Assembly: GCF_009914755.1 (NCBI RefSeq)
Contig: NC_060926.1
Direction: 5' to 3' (one strand)
DNA from: the human T2T-CHM13v2.0 reference genome, Homo sapiens
DNA: 64,000 nucleotides
The notes below the pieces were generated by a model. That model searched no databases. It was not told the DNA's origin and worked only from the letters and a program-made list of their open reading frames with translations. Position 1 is the first letter of the stretch, and every line of letters begins with the position of its first letter. The position numbers and the translations under genes are program-made. Positions 15,715-31,200 of the stretch are shown piece after piece.

Positions 15715-16850
15715 AACTCATTAAAGATATATGTAAGTGCCTAGTTTGTACAAGGAGCTGTGGTAGGTATTAAAGACATAATAGTACACAAACACTGTTT
15801 CCATCCTCATACACTCCACTGGGCAAACTACACACTGAATAGTTGGTTAATGACTGTGATAAATGTTGCAAAGGAATAGTACTAGGTACAATGAGAGCAA
15901 CTGCAGCCAGTGGGGAGTACGTGGGTCAGGGAAAGCTTACCAGAAATATAAGGTAAGACATAAAGAATAAGTAGAGCAAGTGACATTAAAGAAAAAAAAA
16001 ATTCTAGAAACATTTCCAGACAGAAGATATGTAAAAGAATTCCAAGATGAGAGATAAGGATTTCAACAGGGCAGTGACATGATCAGATTTGGCTTTAAAA
16101 TAGTAATCCTGGGAGCAATATGGAAAACAGAGAAGAGCCCAGTGAACACTGTAAGACTAGCAACACTGAATATTTCAAGAGAGAAATGAAGGTGGTTTGA
16201 TGTTGAGTAACAGACAATAAAGAGAAAACTGGAGAGTCTAGCAACAGATGATGTAGGGAGAAAAAAAGAACTTATAAGAATAATTCTCAGGTTTCAGTAT
16301 GATAGTGATTATCAACTGAATGATAGTGATTATGAGCTCATTTGGACATGCCAAGTTTGAAGTACTTCAGAGAATGAAGGCTCCATTAACTAGACAAATG
16401 CATATATGAGTCTGAATCTCAGGAAATGAAGCTAGAGACACAATTTGGGAATCATCTGCACAGAGGCACATGAAGCTACATAAGGTGAAGAGAGTGTACC
16501 ATGAGAAGAACAACTAGGACTAAACCCCAAGAATGCCTCTATTTAAGGGGGGATGGTGGGGGCAGTTAGTAGTCATTGAAGGAGGAGGAGAGGCTAAGAA
16601 ACAGTAAGAAGGTAGGTAGGAGGCATACAAAGAGAGTTCTTTGTTACAGAAATCAAGGAAACATGTTAGAAGAACGAAGGAATGACCAACTGTGGCAAAT
16701 GCTGCTTAAAAAAAAAAAAAAACAAGGAGAATGGGGATTAGCAGTCTCTCTATTCTGAGATGAAAAGATACCATGGTGATACTAGTAAGGGCAAAACTTA
16801 ACATAATAGTTGAGGTAGAAGCTTAACTGTAATGTATTCAAAGTGTATGA
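15715..16850 (-). mobile_element. L2 relic
   Basis: Purine-rich reverse L2 text (cagggcagtgacatgatcagatttggcttt; tttggacatgccaagtttgaagtac). Confidence 0.65.
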
Positions 16851-18947
16851 AAGATGAGAAAAGGAAGATGGCAAATGTCAACATTTCTTACAACACATTT
16901 AGTTATGAATGACACACGACAGATCCTGGGAGACAGTGCAGGGGTTCACCAGAGAATTTAACAGAATTGTATTCTGAGGATTGAGTGAGTGGCTTGAACA
17001 TGTTTAATGCTGGTTGAGTAAGATCCAATATGAAAGGTAGAACCCTAAAATACTTAAGGTTCATGACAAGGTAGAAAGGGATTGACCCATAGCACAGGTT
17101 GAGATGTGGCCTGACAGAAGAGGACACCACCCTCCACTAAAAGAGGAGGGAAAAAGAAAAACATAAAAGGGGAGAAAATACAAGTAAAGTTCTAGATTTA
17201 GCGGCAAAAAATGAGCATAGTTCCTACCTGATGCTTTCTCTTTTCTCTGAGAAATAGAAAGTAAGATCATTTACTACAAGGGAGGAAACCCAAGGGAGAG
17301 ATGGAGGTCTGAAGAGAAATAACTGCTGGAGCAAGCTGACTAAAGAAAAAGAGTGAAACTGCTGGGCAGTGTGAAGGGTTGACCACAGGTCTGTGATGCG
17401 ACAAACAGTGAAACAGTGGCATCAATCTACCCTGTATGAATTTTCAGTTCATGCAGCACTGTGGTACTACCGAATGGGTTTGATGAAAAGATGAAGGGAC
17501 AAGAAATAATACCAGTTAATCTCTAATGAGCATGTTACTATGGGCCAAGCCCTACAAGTGGTTTACATGAATTGTTCCACTGAAGCCTCATGACTACTCT
17601 ACCCAATATTATTTTCATTTTATAGATGAGGAACCTGAGGGGTGAACTAATTAACTTCTTGACCATGTGTAGAGTCAGAATTCAAGGTTTGAGATTTTGT
17701 TGCAAAAAAAAAGAAAAAAGAAAGAAAAAAAGGGAGGAGGAGGACTGAAACAAAACACACTTTAAAAATAACATCAGAGTCTGCGTGTGTATAAAATTTT
17801 AAAGTTCTTCTTTTGTCAAAAGAATAAACCGTAAGATTACAAGTGGTTTTCTATCTTAATGTTAGATAGTTAGGATGCGATTTAAAGACTCACCATATCT
17901 AGAACTTCGAAAACAACAAGCTAACTTATTTCAAATTTATATGCCAGATAATATATGTTGTCACATACCATCTCATTTAACTTCAAAATGATAACACAAG
18001 GTTAATTTATAACCGGATGAGAAAAATAATGCTCAGAAAAGCTAAATAATTTGTTATACCTTTTATCAAATCCCTTAAAAGTGAAGTGGCCTCTCCCTGA
18101 CCCCCTTGCCACTAAGCCCTTACAAAACCAGGGGTAATAGGCCTGACTGAATTCACAGAGCAGAACAAAAAACTTTACAGCTGTTTGTTCTCATTGGAAA
18201 TTCTTCCCAAACACTGCTTTATTCTACCAAGTAAAAGAAACTAGGACAAGCTCTCATCACTACATTAAAACTAAAAAAACTAGAAACAAAAATATAAAAA
18301 GGTAAAACTTTGGGAAAAATAATTATATCCAATACACAAACATAAACACTGATGTAAAACAAGTCATTAACTTATTAATTTTGGAGTGATACAGTAATTA
18401 AACTTAATGAATCTAGCGTCATTCTATAGCACCAAATTTTTTTTAACTGGAATTTAATCTCTCTGAAAGTTATTAAACAGCTGAGATCAAAGTCAGTGTT
18501 TTCCAAATGATCTTGCTGAACAGGATTTTTTTCTTGACTGATGAAAACAAAATACAGCAATAGCCGGTGAAAAATGGAATATACATGTGAAGAAGCTAAT
18601 ATCCTTAAACAAGACTAGCTGCAATATTGCACTGCAATAATATACTATTAAGAAAAATAGATGGCAGCTATGAGTGTATGATTATCAGAAAAAATAATTG
18701 TATTAATATGACATCCTCTCTCACTGAAGATGTAAGAATTAAGGATTTAAAAACTTGTAAGAGAATATTCAGCTTTTGTTTCTCATTGTCATTTAACAAC
18801 TCTTAAGGAGATGTTAATATGGTTTTTTCCATATTTTCCATTTTAAAGGACAAGTGCTAAATACTAAGAAAAAAATTAAATCATTCCCTTTCAGTTTCTC
18901 ATTCTAAGCATTCACTAAGTATGTGAACAATTAAGATTTTTATTCAT

Positions 18948-19251
18948 GGCCGGGCACAGTGGCTCACGCCTGTAATCCCAGCACTTTGGGAGGCCGAGGT
19001 GGGCAGATCACCAGGTCAGGAGATAGAGACCATCCTGGCTAACGTGGTGAAACCCCGTCTCTACTAAAAAGAAAAATAAAATAAAAATAAAAATAAAAAT
19101 AGCCGGGCGTGGTGACGGGCACCTGTAGTCCCAGCTCATCAGGAGGCTAAGGCAGGAGAATGGCGTGAACCCGGGAGGCAGAGCTTGCAGTGAGCCGAGA
19201 TCATGCCACTGCACTCCAGCCTGGGGAACAGAGCGAGACCCCGTCTCAAAA

Positions 19252-19297
<46 letters not shown>
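18948..19297 (+). mobile_element. AluY-like with (TAAA)n tail and expanded (AAAAT)n linker
   Basis: TSD aagatttttattca on both sides; tail of about 12 TAAA units. Confidence 0.96.
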
Positions 19298-19298
<1 letters not shown>

Positions 19299-19434
19299 AG
19301 ATTTTTATTCACATAGGCTTCGGTTGGCCCTTACAAAGAAAGTACTGTTCATTTAAAAAACAAAAACCACCTTCCACACTGAGACGTACTATAACTAAGT
19401 TAGACAGAAAGTCATTGTGTTTTGAAATGTTTAA

Positions 19435-19708
19435 TTTCTTTTTGAGACGGAGTTTCACTCTGTTGCCCAAGTGAGAGTGCAGTGGCACGATCTTGGCTCA
19501 CCCCCCGGTTCAAGCGATTCTCCTGCCTCAGCCTCCCAAGTAGCTGGGATTACAGGTGCCCACCACTGCACCTAATTTTTGTATTTTTAGTAGAGACAGG
19601 GTTTTGCCACGCTGGCCAGGCTGGTCTCAATGTCCTGACCTTAAATGATATGCCCACCTTGGCCTCCCAAAGTGCTGGGATTACAGGCGTGAGCCACCGT
19701 GCCCAGCC
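19435..19708 (-). mobile_element. Alu (S-like), 58 nt from the exon 3 donor
   Basis: Reverse Alu ending gagccaccgtgcccagcc at 19708. Confidence 0.95.
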
Positions 19709-19751
19709 TTCAACTTCAAATGCTTAACTGCTTAAAGGAAGAAAACATTTA

Positions 19752-19880
<129 letters not shown>

Positions 19881-20254
19881 CTAGTAACAGAAGAGTTCAT
19901 TAGTTTGCACACACACATCCACACACTCGTATATACAGGCATGCACATATCTGTTTAATAAAATAATGAAGTGGAATCTTTAATTTAAATCAAAGAAATG
20001 TTATAGGCTAGTAGAAATATTTTAAGCTATAACCTATACACAGAAGAGTATCAAATGTATATGTATAGTACAGACTCCTCTTCTGATCTCCAGAACATAA
20101 ATCAACTTCCTAGGTATTTCCCAACCCTCCAGTGACTTGACATCATTGTCAGAGTAAAATCCTATATTCTTATAGTAAGTTACAAGGGCCTGTAAGACTG
20201 GCTTCATGCTACTGCTGAATTTCCTACTACACCTTCCCTTCCCCAACTTTGAAT

Positions 20255-20470
20255 AATGGTTGAGAATACTGATTTTGGAGTCAATTACCTGGGCTCCAAT
20301 CCCAGCTCCCTAACAAACTGGGTGACCTGGGATAAATATTTAACCTCTGTGCCTCAGTTTCCTTATATGTGAAATAGCATTCTTCTTGTAGGATTGTTTT
20401 AAGAACTGAATTAACGCTAGCAATACACTTAAAACAGTGCTTAGTACTCCGTAAACACTCTATAATAAAC
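20255..20470 (+). mobile_element. MIR
   Basis: ggttgagaatactgattttggagtc...tttaacctctgtgcctcagtttcctt. Confidence 0.75.
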
Positions 20471-23130
20471 TACTCAGTACACTTCAGCTACAATGGCCTC
20501 TTTACTAAATACAGCAACTGTGCTCTGCCATTCCTTCTGCCTCAATTCACATGGCTCGTCCCACTCACTTTATTTTGCTCAAATTTCATCTCTGGAGAAG
20601 TCTTTCCCAACCAATTACTTCAAAGAAAGCCTAGCTCTACTTCTTCACCATACAATTTGTTTTTTGTCATAGCATTCATCATTACCTACTATATTAGTTT
20701 ATTTGTTTATTGTTTCTTCCACTAAAATGTAAATGTCTCCATGGTGGCAGGATTTCTATCTTTTCCATGTGTATATCCCACACCTAGAATAGTGCTTGGT
20801 ATATATAACACCATTTATTTCATATCCCTGCCCTCCAATGCCATGATTCACCTCCAACATAAGCACTTTCAGGATTACCTGCTTTTGCACATAAAGTTCC
20901 CTTGAGCCTGAAATGTCTTTCCAATCCAACCCTAATAAAAGACTATTCAAGACTTCAAAAATTCCTTTCCACAGTCCACAAGCTTAGTACCATCCTCTCT
21001 GATAAAATGTTATTGACCACTACTCTTTCCTGCTATGCTATCTGCCCAAAAGAAAGACCATTTCACTCAGAAACAGAATCTAGACTCTGGTTCTTGTTTT
21101 ATCACAAAGTCGTCGTGTGTTTGTCTCCAAGTTCCTGTAACACTTTGGGACTATACTGCCAACTTCTACAGTTATTCAAATCCAACCAACCTTCCATAAT
21201 CCAGCTAAACTCTCAATAACTCTACACTAAACAAAACTTTTTTATCTCCAAATATCCTTTACCATAGAGAATTTCTAATAGTGGTTATGCTTTTTCAGAT
21301 TGGGAAAAAGCTGAAGTCATGGTGCTTTCTGAGAAACATCAACTATTTAATGTATGTTGAGATATATAGACACCTCTAAAACAATTATAAATACACATAA
21401 ATAAAATGCCATTCTGTATCAGATCTAATATGAACAAGTGGCTAAAAGTGCCAAAGAAAATACACACAACACACTGTGGAAGAATAAATTCAAACTAAGA
21501 AAACAGAATCTTTTCCTACATATTGGGGAAAACGAGGTTATTAGATTTAATGATGAGACAATATATCTAGTCTACTAAATATACAGTATAAAAATCACTA
21601 GGCCTGTACCACATAATTTAGAATTTTATCATATATTTAATCTTTTGTTCACAAGACTAAGCTCCATGACTTCAAGTTACATCACCCAGAAATTCCTCCA
21701 AAAATGTTAACTATATCAAGTTAGTTAATGGAAATACTTATACAAAATGAATAATGTATCATTTGTTTCAACTCATTAAATCTAGCACTTGTCAGATACA
21801 AATCCCAACAAAAACCCAGCAAGCTGAAAACGTGCTTATTTTCAAAATTTTACACCAAGCTTCATATTCCTTTACTGAAGAGTAGCAATTAAATTAAAAT
21901 CATGACAATGCAAGAGCAATCTACGCTACATACAAAAAAAATACGTATTTCAAACATCAGAATATCAAGCCCATTAATTATTCTTAAGGACTTATATGAA
22001 CTTCTACATACCGCTATATTATAAAATTAAGTTAAATGTTAACTACATTAAAATCACCCTGAATTTGGAACACGTAAATGTGCCTGCATATTTGTTGAAT
22101 GAATAAAAAATTGACCAATTAAATAAAAAGTTAATGTTACAAAATAAGGCATGTTCTTTCAAATCACTGATTTGTACATTTTATAAAAAAATATATCAAG
22201 TATTTACATATTTGTCATCATATTTATACCTGCCTTTCAGCAAAATAAAACGTGATCTCCTAGTACAATGTGTCATAATTGCCTTGTTTGCATCATACCT
22301 CAAAAAATTATCCTGACCAATAACGGTGAATTTTACTAGCAGAAAATAGCTACAATTAAGAGCTAATTTTGTTTATTTTTCAATTATGCATACACACACA
22401 CACAAACTCATGACTGAAAGAAGTAAAATGAATGCCTTAGATACACTGCTGCAATGTCTTCTTATTCAGATTACTCTATGAACAAAAAATTTTTCCTCCA
22501 ACATTTCTGTAGAAAATTAGTTGAAAGTGAACAGATTATTTATTCAAACATACACAATAAAATGGTAGGAATGAGATGAAGATTATGAAGATTAAAATAG
22601 GCTTTTAAAAAGATGGTTAAGTTGGCACATAAACTACACATTAAGTGAAAAAAGGATCTTTATTTTACAAATTATTAACATCTTATAAAAAAATTGAAAA
22701 AGAAAGCAAGCATGGGAAATATGGTGGGAGGGATAACATTGTTAATCTCATGGCCTAACACAATCACCTACTTTCTGCACCAGCAAGGCAAATGGGAGGG
22801 AACCCTGCTGTACAGGTAGTACCAGAACCAAAACAGCCTATGGATTAAGTATGAACAGATAATTAAAGAAAACCTATACTAAAATTACACAGATAAAGAG
22901 TTGGAATTTGAGGGGAGAGACATGGAAGAACAAGTAGCAACACCAGAGAAATTGAGAGCAGGATGGGACCAGCTGTGACAAAAAAGATGAAGTGCAAGTA
23001 ATGGAGAACTGATGGCTGTGCCTGGTACTAGCTTTGCAAAGGAAGAAAGAGAAAGCTCAACACAGTGGATCACAAATCAGGCAGAAAATTAGAGTCACCC
23101 GAAGAGCTTTTACAAACAGATTTTAAGTAC

Positions 23131-23252
23131 GATGCAGTAGTGTGTCCGTGGTCTCAGCTACTCACGAGGCTGAGGGGGCAGGATTGTTTGATCCCAGGAG
23201 TTTGAGGCAAGCCTGGGCAACACAGCAAGATCCTATCTCTAAAAATAAATAA
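23131..23252 (+). mobile_element. FLAM/Alu monomer
   Basis: Single-arm Alu-like text ending atctctaaaaataaat. Confidence 0.75.
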
Positions 23253-23254
23253 GA

Positions 23255-24650
<1,396 letters not shown>

Positions 24651-24916
24651 AGGGAGGGAGGGAAGAAGGAAGAGGAAGGAGGAAGAAGAAAGAAAGAAGA
24701 AAGAAGAAGAAATATTTGGGGACCACACAAGATCAAAAGACAACCCTAATTTTAAAGTATCTACCCAGGTGATTCTGATATAACATCCAGGACTAGGAAA
24801 CCACTGGCTCCCACACTAGCCATTTCTGTCTCTTCCCTTTGCAGAACTTCTTCAACATGAGTATGTTTTTATATTATTGTAATAATAGTATTTATGCAAT
24901 TCTGAGTCCTGCTTTT

Positions 24917-25136
24917 TTCTTCTAAAAAACAAACAAAAAAACCCACACAGGATCCACGTGCAGAACGTGCAGGTTTGTTACATAGGTATATGTGTGCCAT
25001 GGTGGTTTGCTGCACCTATTGACTCATCCTCTAAGTTCCCTCCCCTCACCTCCCATCCTCCAACAGGCCCTGGTGTGTGTTGTTCTCTTCTGTGTCCACG
25101 TGTTCTCAATGTTCAGCTCCCACTTATGAGTGAGAA
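24917..25136 (-). mobile_element. L1PA-type (primate) 3' end with TSD
   Basis: gtgcagaacgtgcaggtttgttacataggtata...cagctcccacttatgagtgagaa; flanked by gagtcctgctttttt / gagccctgctttttt. Confidence 0.9.
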
Positions 25137-25289
25137 GAGCCCTGCTTTTTTAATGCCACTGATTAACATTTAATATTAACCTTTGGTTTAGAAGAAAAAT
25201 ACCTAGCTGTATCATATCATGTCCAATGCACCATAGTAATCCAAAGAAAAAGGTCAGATTACAATAAAGTGTAAGAAGAAAATGTCATC

Positions 25290-26300
25290 TGATAATTTTA
25301 AGCAAATGATACCAAAAGCATAATTTATAAAAGAAAAAATGCTAAACTGGACTCTACTGAAATTAAAAACTTTTGTTCTGTAGACACCACTGAGACAGTA
25401 ACAGAGAGAAGCTACAGAATAGGAGAAAAACCAAATGACTGTATCCAGAACATATTAAAAAAAAAAAAACTCTTAGAACTTAGCAATGACAGCAAATAAT
25501 TTAAAAATGAGCAAAAGACTTGAACAGACACTTCACCAAAGAGGATATACAGATGGCAATTTTGTACATGAACAGATGTTCAACAATGTAAGTCATTAGG
25601 GAAAAGCTAATTAAAACCATGAGAAACCCCTACACACCCATCAGAATGGCTAAAACAAAAGATGCTGACAGTATCAACTGCTGACAAAGATTTGCAACAA
25701 CTAGAACTACCATAAACAAAATGGTACAGCCTTACCAGAAAACAGTTTGGCAGTTCTTAGGAAGTTAAATAACATCACGTGACCCAGCAACCCTACTTCT
25801 ATGTATTTAACAGAGAAATGAAAACTTACATTCACACAAAAATCACACACAAATGTTCATAGCAGCTCTACTCACAACCACAAAATGTCTTTCAACAAGT
25901 ATACAGGTAAATGAATAAGCAAACTGTGGTACATTCATACAATAGAGTATCAGCCATAAAAGGGAACAAATTATTGATAGAATAGTTTGGATCAATCTCA
26001 AAATAATTATGCTGAATGAAAGAAACCAGACTCAAAAGATTACAAACTATAATTCCAATTATATGACATTCTTGAAAAAAAAAATCCAAAACTATAGTGT
26101 TAAGATAGCAGATCAGTGGTTGTCAGGAACTAGGGGTTAAGAGAACTATAAAGGGATAACAGAGGGAGTTTACTGGGGTCAAGCAACTGTTCTATATCAA
26201 GTGTGACAGTGGTTACATGAATCTTTATGTGTGCTGAAATTCAGAGATATATGAAAATAAAGGCCAATTTTATTATACACTAATTTTTAAAAATTTGAAT
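25290..26300 (+). mobile_element. L1M (ME/MD-like) 3' region
   Basis: gacttgaacagacacttcaccaaagaggatatacagatggcaa...ttatatgacattcttgaaa. Confidence 0.85.
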
Positions 26301-26565
26301 TATTATTTGAAAATTGGGCCCTGTTTCCTTATTATTTTATCATAAACATAAGCTATGATGCCACAAGCTTTATTCATAAAAGCAATTTTAATTCCAAACA
26401 ATGAAAGAATTGTTAAACAATTTGAGTATATCAACCTTATGAACCACTCTGCAACAATTCAAACTTGACCACTATTCTTTGTTTCTGTGGATATAGCTTT
26501 TCTCGCATTTTTAAAAATTAAATCCTTAGCAAAGATTAAAGTGGAATTACTGTCAAAAGGAAACC

Positions 26566-26944
26566 TTTTTCTTTTTTTAAGAAACAGGGTGTCACTCTTT
26601 CACCCAGGCTGGAGTACAGTGACACAATTATAGCTCACTGCAGCCTCAAGCTCCTGGGCACAAGTGATGCTCCCACCTGAGCCTCCCAAGTAGCTAGGAC
26701 TTCAGCAGCACGCGCCAGCACTTCTGGCTTTTTGTGTGTGTGTGTGTGTATGTGTGTGTGTGTGCCAGCACTTCTGGCTGTGTGCGTGTGCGTGTGTGTG
26801 TGTGTGCGCGCGCGCATGCGTGTGTAGGTAAGGGGTCTTACTGTTTTGCCCAAGCTGGTCTCGAAGTCCTGGCCTCAAAGTGATCCTTCCACGTTGGCCT
26901 CCCAAAGTGTTGGGATTATACGCATGAGTCACCGTGTCTGGCCT
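26566..26944 (-). mobile_element. AluJ-like with internal (TG)n/(CG)n microsatellite
   Basis: Two reverse Alu arms separated by a compound dinucleotide tract at about 26733-26826. Confidence 0.92.
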
Positions 26945-27733
26945 ATTTTTCAACTGTATAATAAAACCTGCTTAATGATAAATTAATGTCCAAGCTGCAA
27001 TATACACATCCTCAAGTCAGTCAAATTACTGGTAAAGAGAAACAAAAGGAGCTGGAAAGGAGGATGACAGGAGACAACAGCAGGAATGACCAGGAGCTAC
27101 AGGCTTCCAAACTTTGCCCTTGAGTTTTCATTCCCAAATATCTCCATGGATTGACAAGGAAGCAATACTGGGCCAGCAGCTCTTGGGCTAGCTGGAGAGC
27201 TGAAGGACATAATGTGCACAGTTCTCCCATACCCCACAACACACATAATTGTTTTTAATCATTAATTAAAATTTTTTCACACTCTACATTTCAATGCCTG
27301 GGGCAAAATCCCAGCCAGCCAATCCTAATTAAATGTCTAGGTAAAACAAAGAAATCATCAGCTAAAACAAATTAAAAACTTTAATTCTAAAGTTCATTGA
27401 AACTAAAACAGAGTCACATAATCAATGATGATATGGAATACTGAAAATTGAGGACTTCCTTGGTAAACAAGTCTCCAAATTCAGGACAACATTAGGTCCA
27501 AATATAGACAAATCCCCAAAGTACAGAAATTTATACTTGGCATTACTGTCCATCAAAAAAATACTAATCATGTATTAAAAACATAAAATGAGACATAATA
27601 ACATGGAGCACATCCTAATTATACCAGGACATTAAAAAGTATCACAGAGGTACAATAACTCAAAGGTATGTCATTCTATAAATCTATAGTATTTTAACAT
27701 TCACCCAGAAGCTAAGATAATAAAAATCTGCTA

Positions 27734-28281
27734 AGGTTGAATATCACTTATCCAAAACACTTGGAGGCCACTCGTGTTTCAGATTTTTGATTTTTTCAGA
27801 TTTTCGGTTTTTTCAGATTTTGGAATATAATACTTACCAGGTAAGCATCCTTAATCCGAAAATCCAAAATCTGAGATGCTCCAATGAGCATTTCCTTAAA
27901 GCATCATCTCAGCACTCAAAAAGTTTCGGATTTTGGCCTGGTGTGGCGGCTCAATGCCTATAATCCCAGCACTCTGTGAGGTTGACGTGGGCACAATGGC
28001 TTGAGCTCAGGAATTCAAGACCAGCCTGGACAACATGGCAAAACCTCATCTCCACCAAAAATATAAACAATTAGCTGGGGGTGGTGGTGTGTGCCTGTAG
28101 TCCCAGCTATTCAGGAGGCTGAGGTGGGAGGATCACTTAAGCCCAGGAGGTGGAAGCTGCAGTGAGCCGAGATCATGCCACTACACTCCAGCTAGGGTGA
28201 CAGAGTGAGACCCCTCCCATTTCAAAAAAAAAAAGAAAAAAGTTTCAGATTTTGGATTTTTGGATTAGGGATACTCAACCT
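27734..28281. mobile_element. Tigger4a/MER46A-like element split by an Alu
   Basis: aggttgaatatcacttatcc...ggattagggatactcaacct TIRs with internal ttttcagatttt repeats. Confidence 0.8.
27935..28236 (+). mobile_element. AluJ-like nested in Tigger4a
   Basis: TSD aaaaagtttcggatttt / aaaaagtttcagatttt. Confidence 0.93.
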
Positions 28282-31200
28282 CTTTGCAGACAACTGCCCA
28301 GGGAAGTCACTAACTAAGGGCTCTGAGCAAGTCACCTAACCTATCTAGTCTGTAGCACCTCTTTACCTGTGATGTGACTATGGTTGATTAGATCAATGAC
28401 ATCATGTTCCACTGCAATGCCTTACTTAGCACCACTGCAGAAAAGACTTCATTTCCCCTTATTAAATATGATTTATAATAGTTTTGTATGATTTTTTAAA
28501 TTGGGGCTTCTATTTTAAAATAATTGACAGCCACTGGATGCCTGCTATCTTTCTGGCTCTAAATTCCAAAACATGTTGCCTGTTTCATCTGTTAAAGACA
28601 GCATAATACAAAAGCATGCAACATTTACTATGACCTACAAAAATAGCACTTAATGCCATAACTTCTTCAATCACTTTATTAACGATGGATAAGTTGCTTT
28701 TAGTTTTTTACCATTATAAGTAATGTTACAAAAACATTCTTACATATACAAAAAAAGTTTAAAAATAAAAATAGCATTTAAATTTCCACTTAAAACATAC
28801 TTTTTTCAGTCCTGCGTTAATCACATGTGGTCTAGGGGTTTGTCACTTTATAAATTTTGCCAGTTACATGAATTTTAGTCTTCCAAGGAATGCCATTAAA
28901 TAATTCTTAAAGATTTCAAAATTTTTCCACCTTATCATACCACAGTGGTATGACACAAACCTATCAATAAAAGTGGCTTACTAGATAAAGTGAATCCCAA
29001 TGGGAGACAAGCCATAAGGTATAGAGGACAGCTGACAGAACTGTTTGAGAAAAAAGCTTCATGGCTCTTTCCCTCACCCTGAGAATTCCTGATCTAAAAG
29101 GTTAAAAAGAAACACTGCAATGTTCTGCTATTTTTACAGAAGTCATATACAAAAATAGGGGCAGGTCAGGAATAAGGACACTTGCTTTCCTTTCCTCTAA
29201 AGGATAGAATTTCTGAATGACTGGAAGGAACTCTTACCTCATATTTTGAGGAATTCTTAATGCAGTCAAACTCCAATTATTTGTACAACTAATATAAATT
29301 TGGTTAACAGATGTTGCTGTTATAATACATATAGCAATCTTAAGATTTCTGTATCTCAAACAAGCTTCTACTAAGGCCAAGATAATTAATTTTAAGTTTT
29401 GTAGGTATTTTAAACTTTCCAAGAATTAACTAATGATGAGATTCCTGAATAATATAAAATTCACTATCCTTTTCATACAGTAGACTGTGTTATTCTCATT
29501 ATTTTTAATTAACTTTAATAATTAAGATGGCAATAGTGATCAGAAAAATTATACCAGTATCCTTAAAAAAACAGTAAGATAGCCACTGTAGGGAAAAAAT
29601 TTTCTCCATTGCTGCCAGAAGATTCCTCATTAAGTAATTTTCTAACGTACATAGTAATGTAACTTAACAGCATTTCACAAAAAGCACACTATTCTCAATT
29701 TCAAAATCAAATTCATTCTCAGTGGAAATATTCCCCATTCTTACTCTTTGCTTTAAGTGTCCAAAATGAAGCTCTTAAAGAAATCAGGTCCTATTATCAG
29801 ATATCAACCACTCATTCAAAAGTATACAAAGTATTTCCCCAGACTGACAATTCATGTATTTATGTTTGCTTCCAGCAGGCAAAACAGGGTGCTTGGCACT
29901 ATGGGGGATACAAGACACTTTCAGCCACTTTATAATCTCTGAGGGAGAGGGGAGAAGGGGGAGCCTAATATTAGCATTCAAATGACCTCAATACAAAGTA
30001 GAATACAATAAATAGCACTACGGAAAAGTTACAAAGTTCAAAGAAGGAACACAGAACAGGTGTTAGGACAATACACTTTCACAATTTCATACATAAAGAT
30101 AATTTGCTACGTGTTGAAGCAAATACTATTTTAAAAATCACATAAAATTTGACATTTTTAAAAAAGGCATTCTTAGTTCAAATATGCTTTTAAACTGGTC
30201 TTAAAATAGTATGACTTAGAAAAATCAGGATTTCTCAATCAGTACAAAATACTACTATGAAAAATGATAGCTTTTTACTTACTGGTTGGAAAGGAATGCA
30301 GAAAGAAAAATGACAGTACACCACAGAAAAACACCACTATGACTTATCGTTTGTAAAGTATACTATTCCCAATGGTTAAGATATACATTAAAAGCTATTA
30401 TTATAGCATTAGTATCATGGTTAAACTTAGTAACAGGCACACTGACAGAATTAATCAGGAAAACATACACAAAGCATGACAACATAGCTACCAGTATTTT
30501 TGTTCTCGAGTACGATGGAAAAAACCACCATGGTTTCTCAAGATAACATGATCTGGTTCTAAGCCGACAGACAGACTTCAATCTCAAAAAAACAGAAGCA
30601 TATAGCCCGATAATCACCTGTGTTTTTAAATGGTTGTCAGATTTAGTAATTAACTCGAGTAGGGAGAGGTATTACCCCACACAGAGAAAAAAAAAATGGA
30701 TCTCAGCTATTTGTGGCTATGAACCAAGGTGGTTTCCATTTTGACTGCTGGTAGTATTCTCAAAGATTCATTTCAACAGACAACTGAGTGCCAACCACAT
30801 GCAAAGAGGAGACACAAAGATAAATGAACAGGTCCTCCTTCATTTATTCACTTAGTAACAGAAGAATATCACTAAAAAATACAACAGAAATAGGATGGGG
30901 GGGGGTACTTGCCCTCAAAGTACAGTCTACCTAACAACTTGAGCAGAATAGCTGATACTTAACATGGGCAAACTTGTTAAAACAACACTTTTAAGCCTCC
31001 TCTCCCCTAACATCATTTCTCTTCCATCCCTTTCAATGTAGAAACCATTCAATTTCCAATGTCCTTCATATCCCACGGTTGCTGTTTTCCTGACTCTCTA
31101 ATAATCCCTTTTCCACACACTATCCCCGACAAGTCTCTGTCTCTTTTGGGATTATGCTATTTATATTTAGGTCACTATCCCCATATCATACCCATTAACA

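Noticed and set aside
26635-26953. His/Thr-repeat ORFs
   Set aside because: Artefact of the (CA)n microsatellite.
29234-29422. Minus ORF ending at a GAG|gtaaga donor-like site (possible cryptic exon)
   Set aside because: No clear paired acceptor and no protein similarity; such motifs occur by chance in 64 kb.
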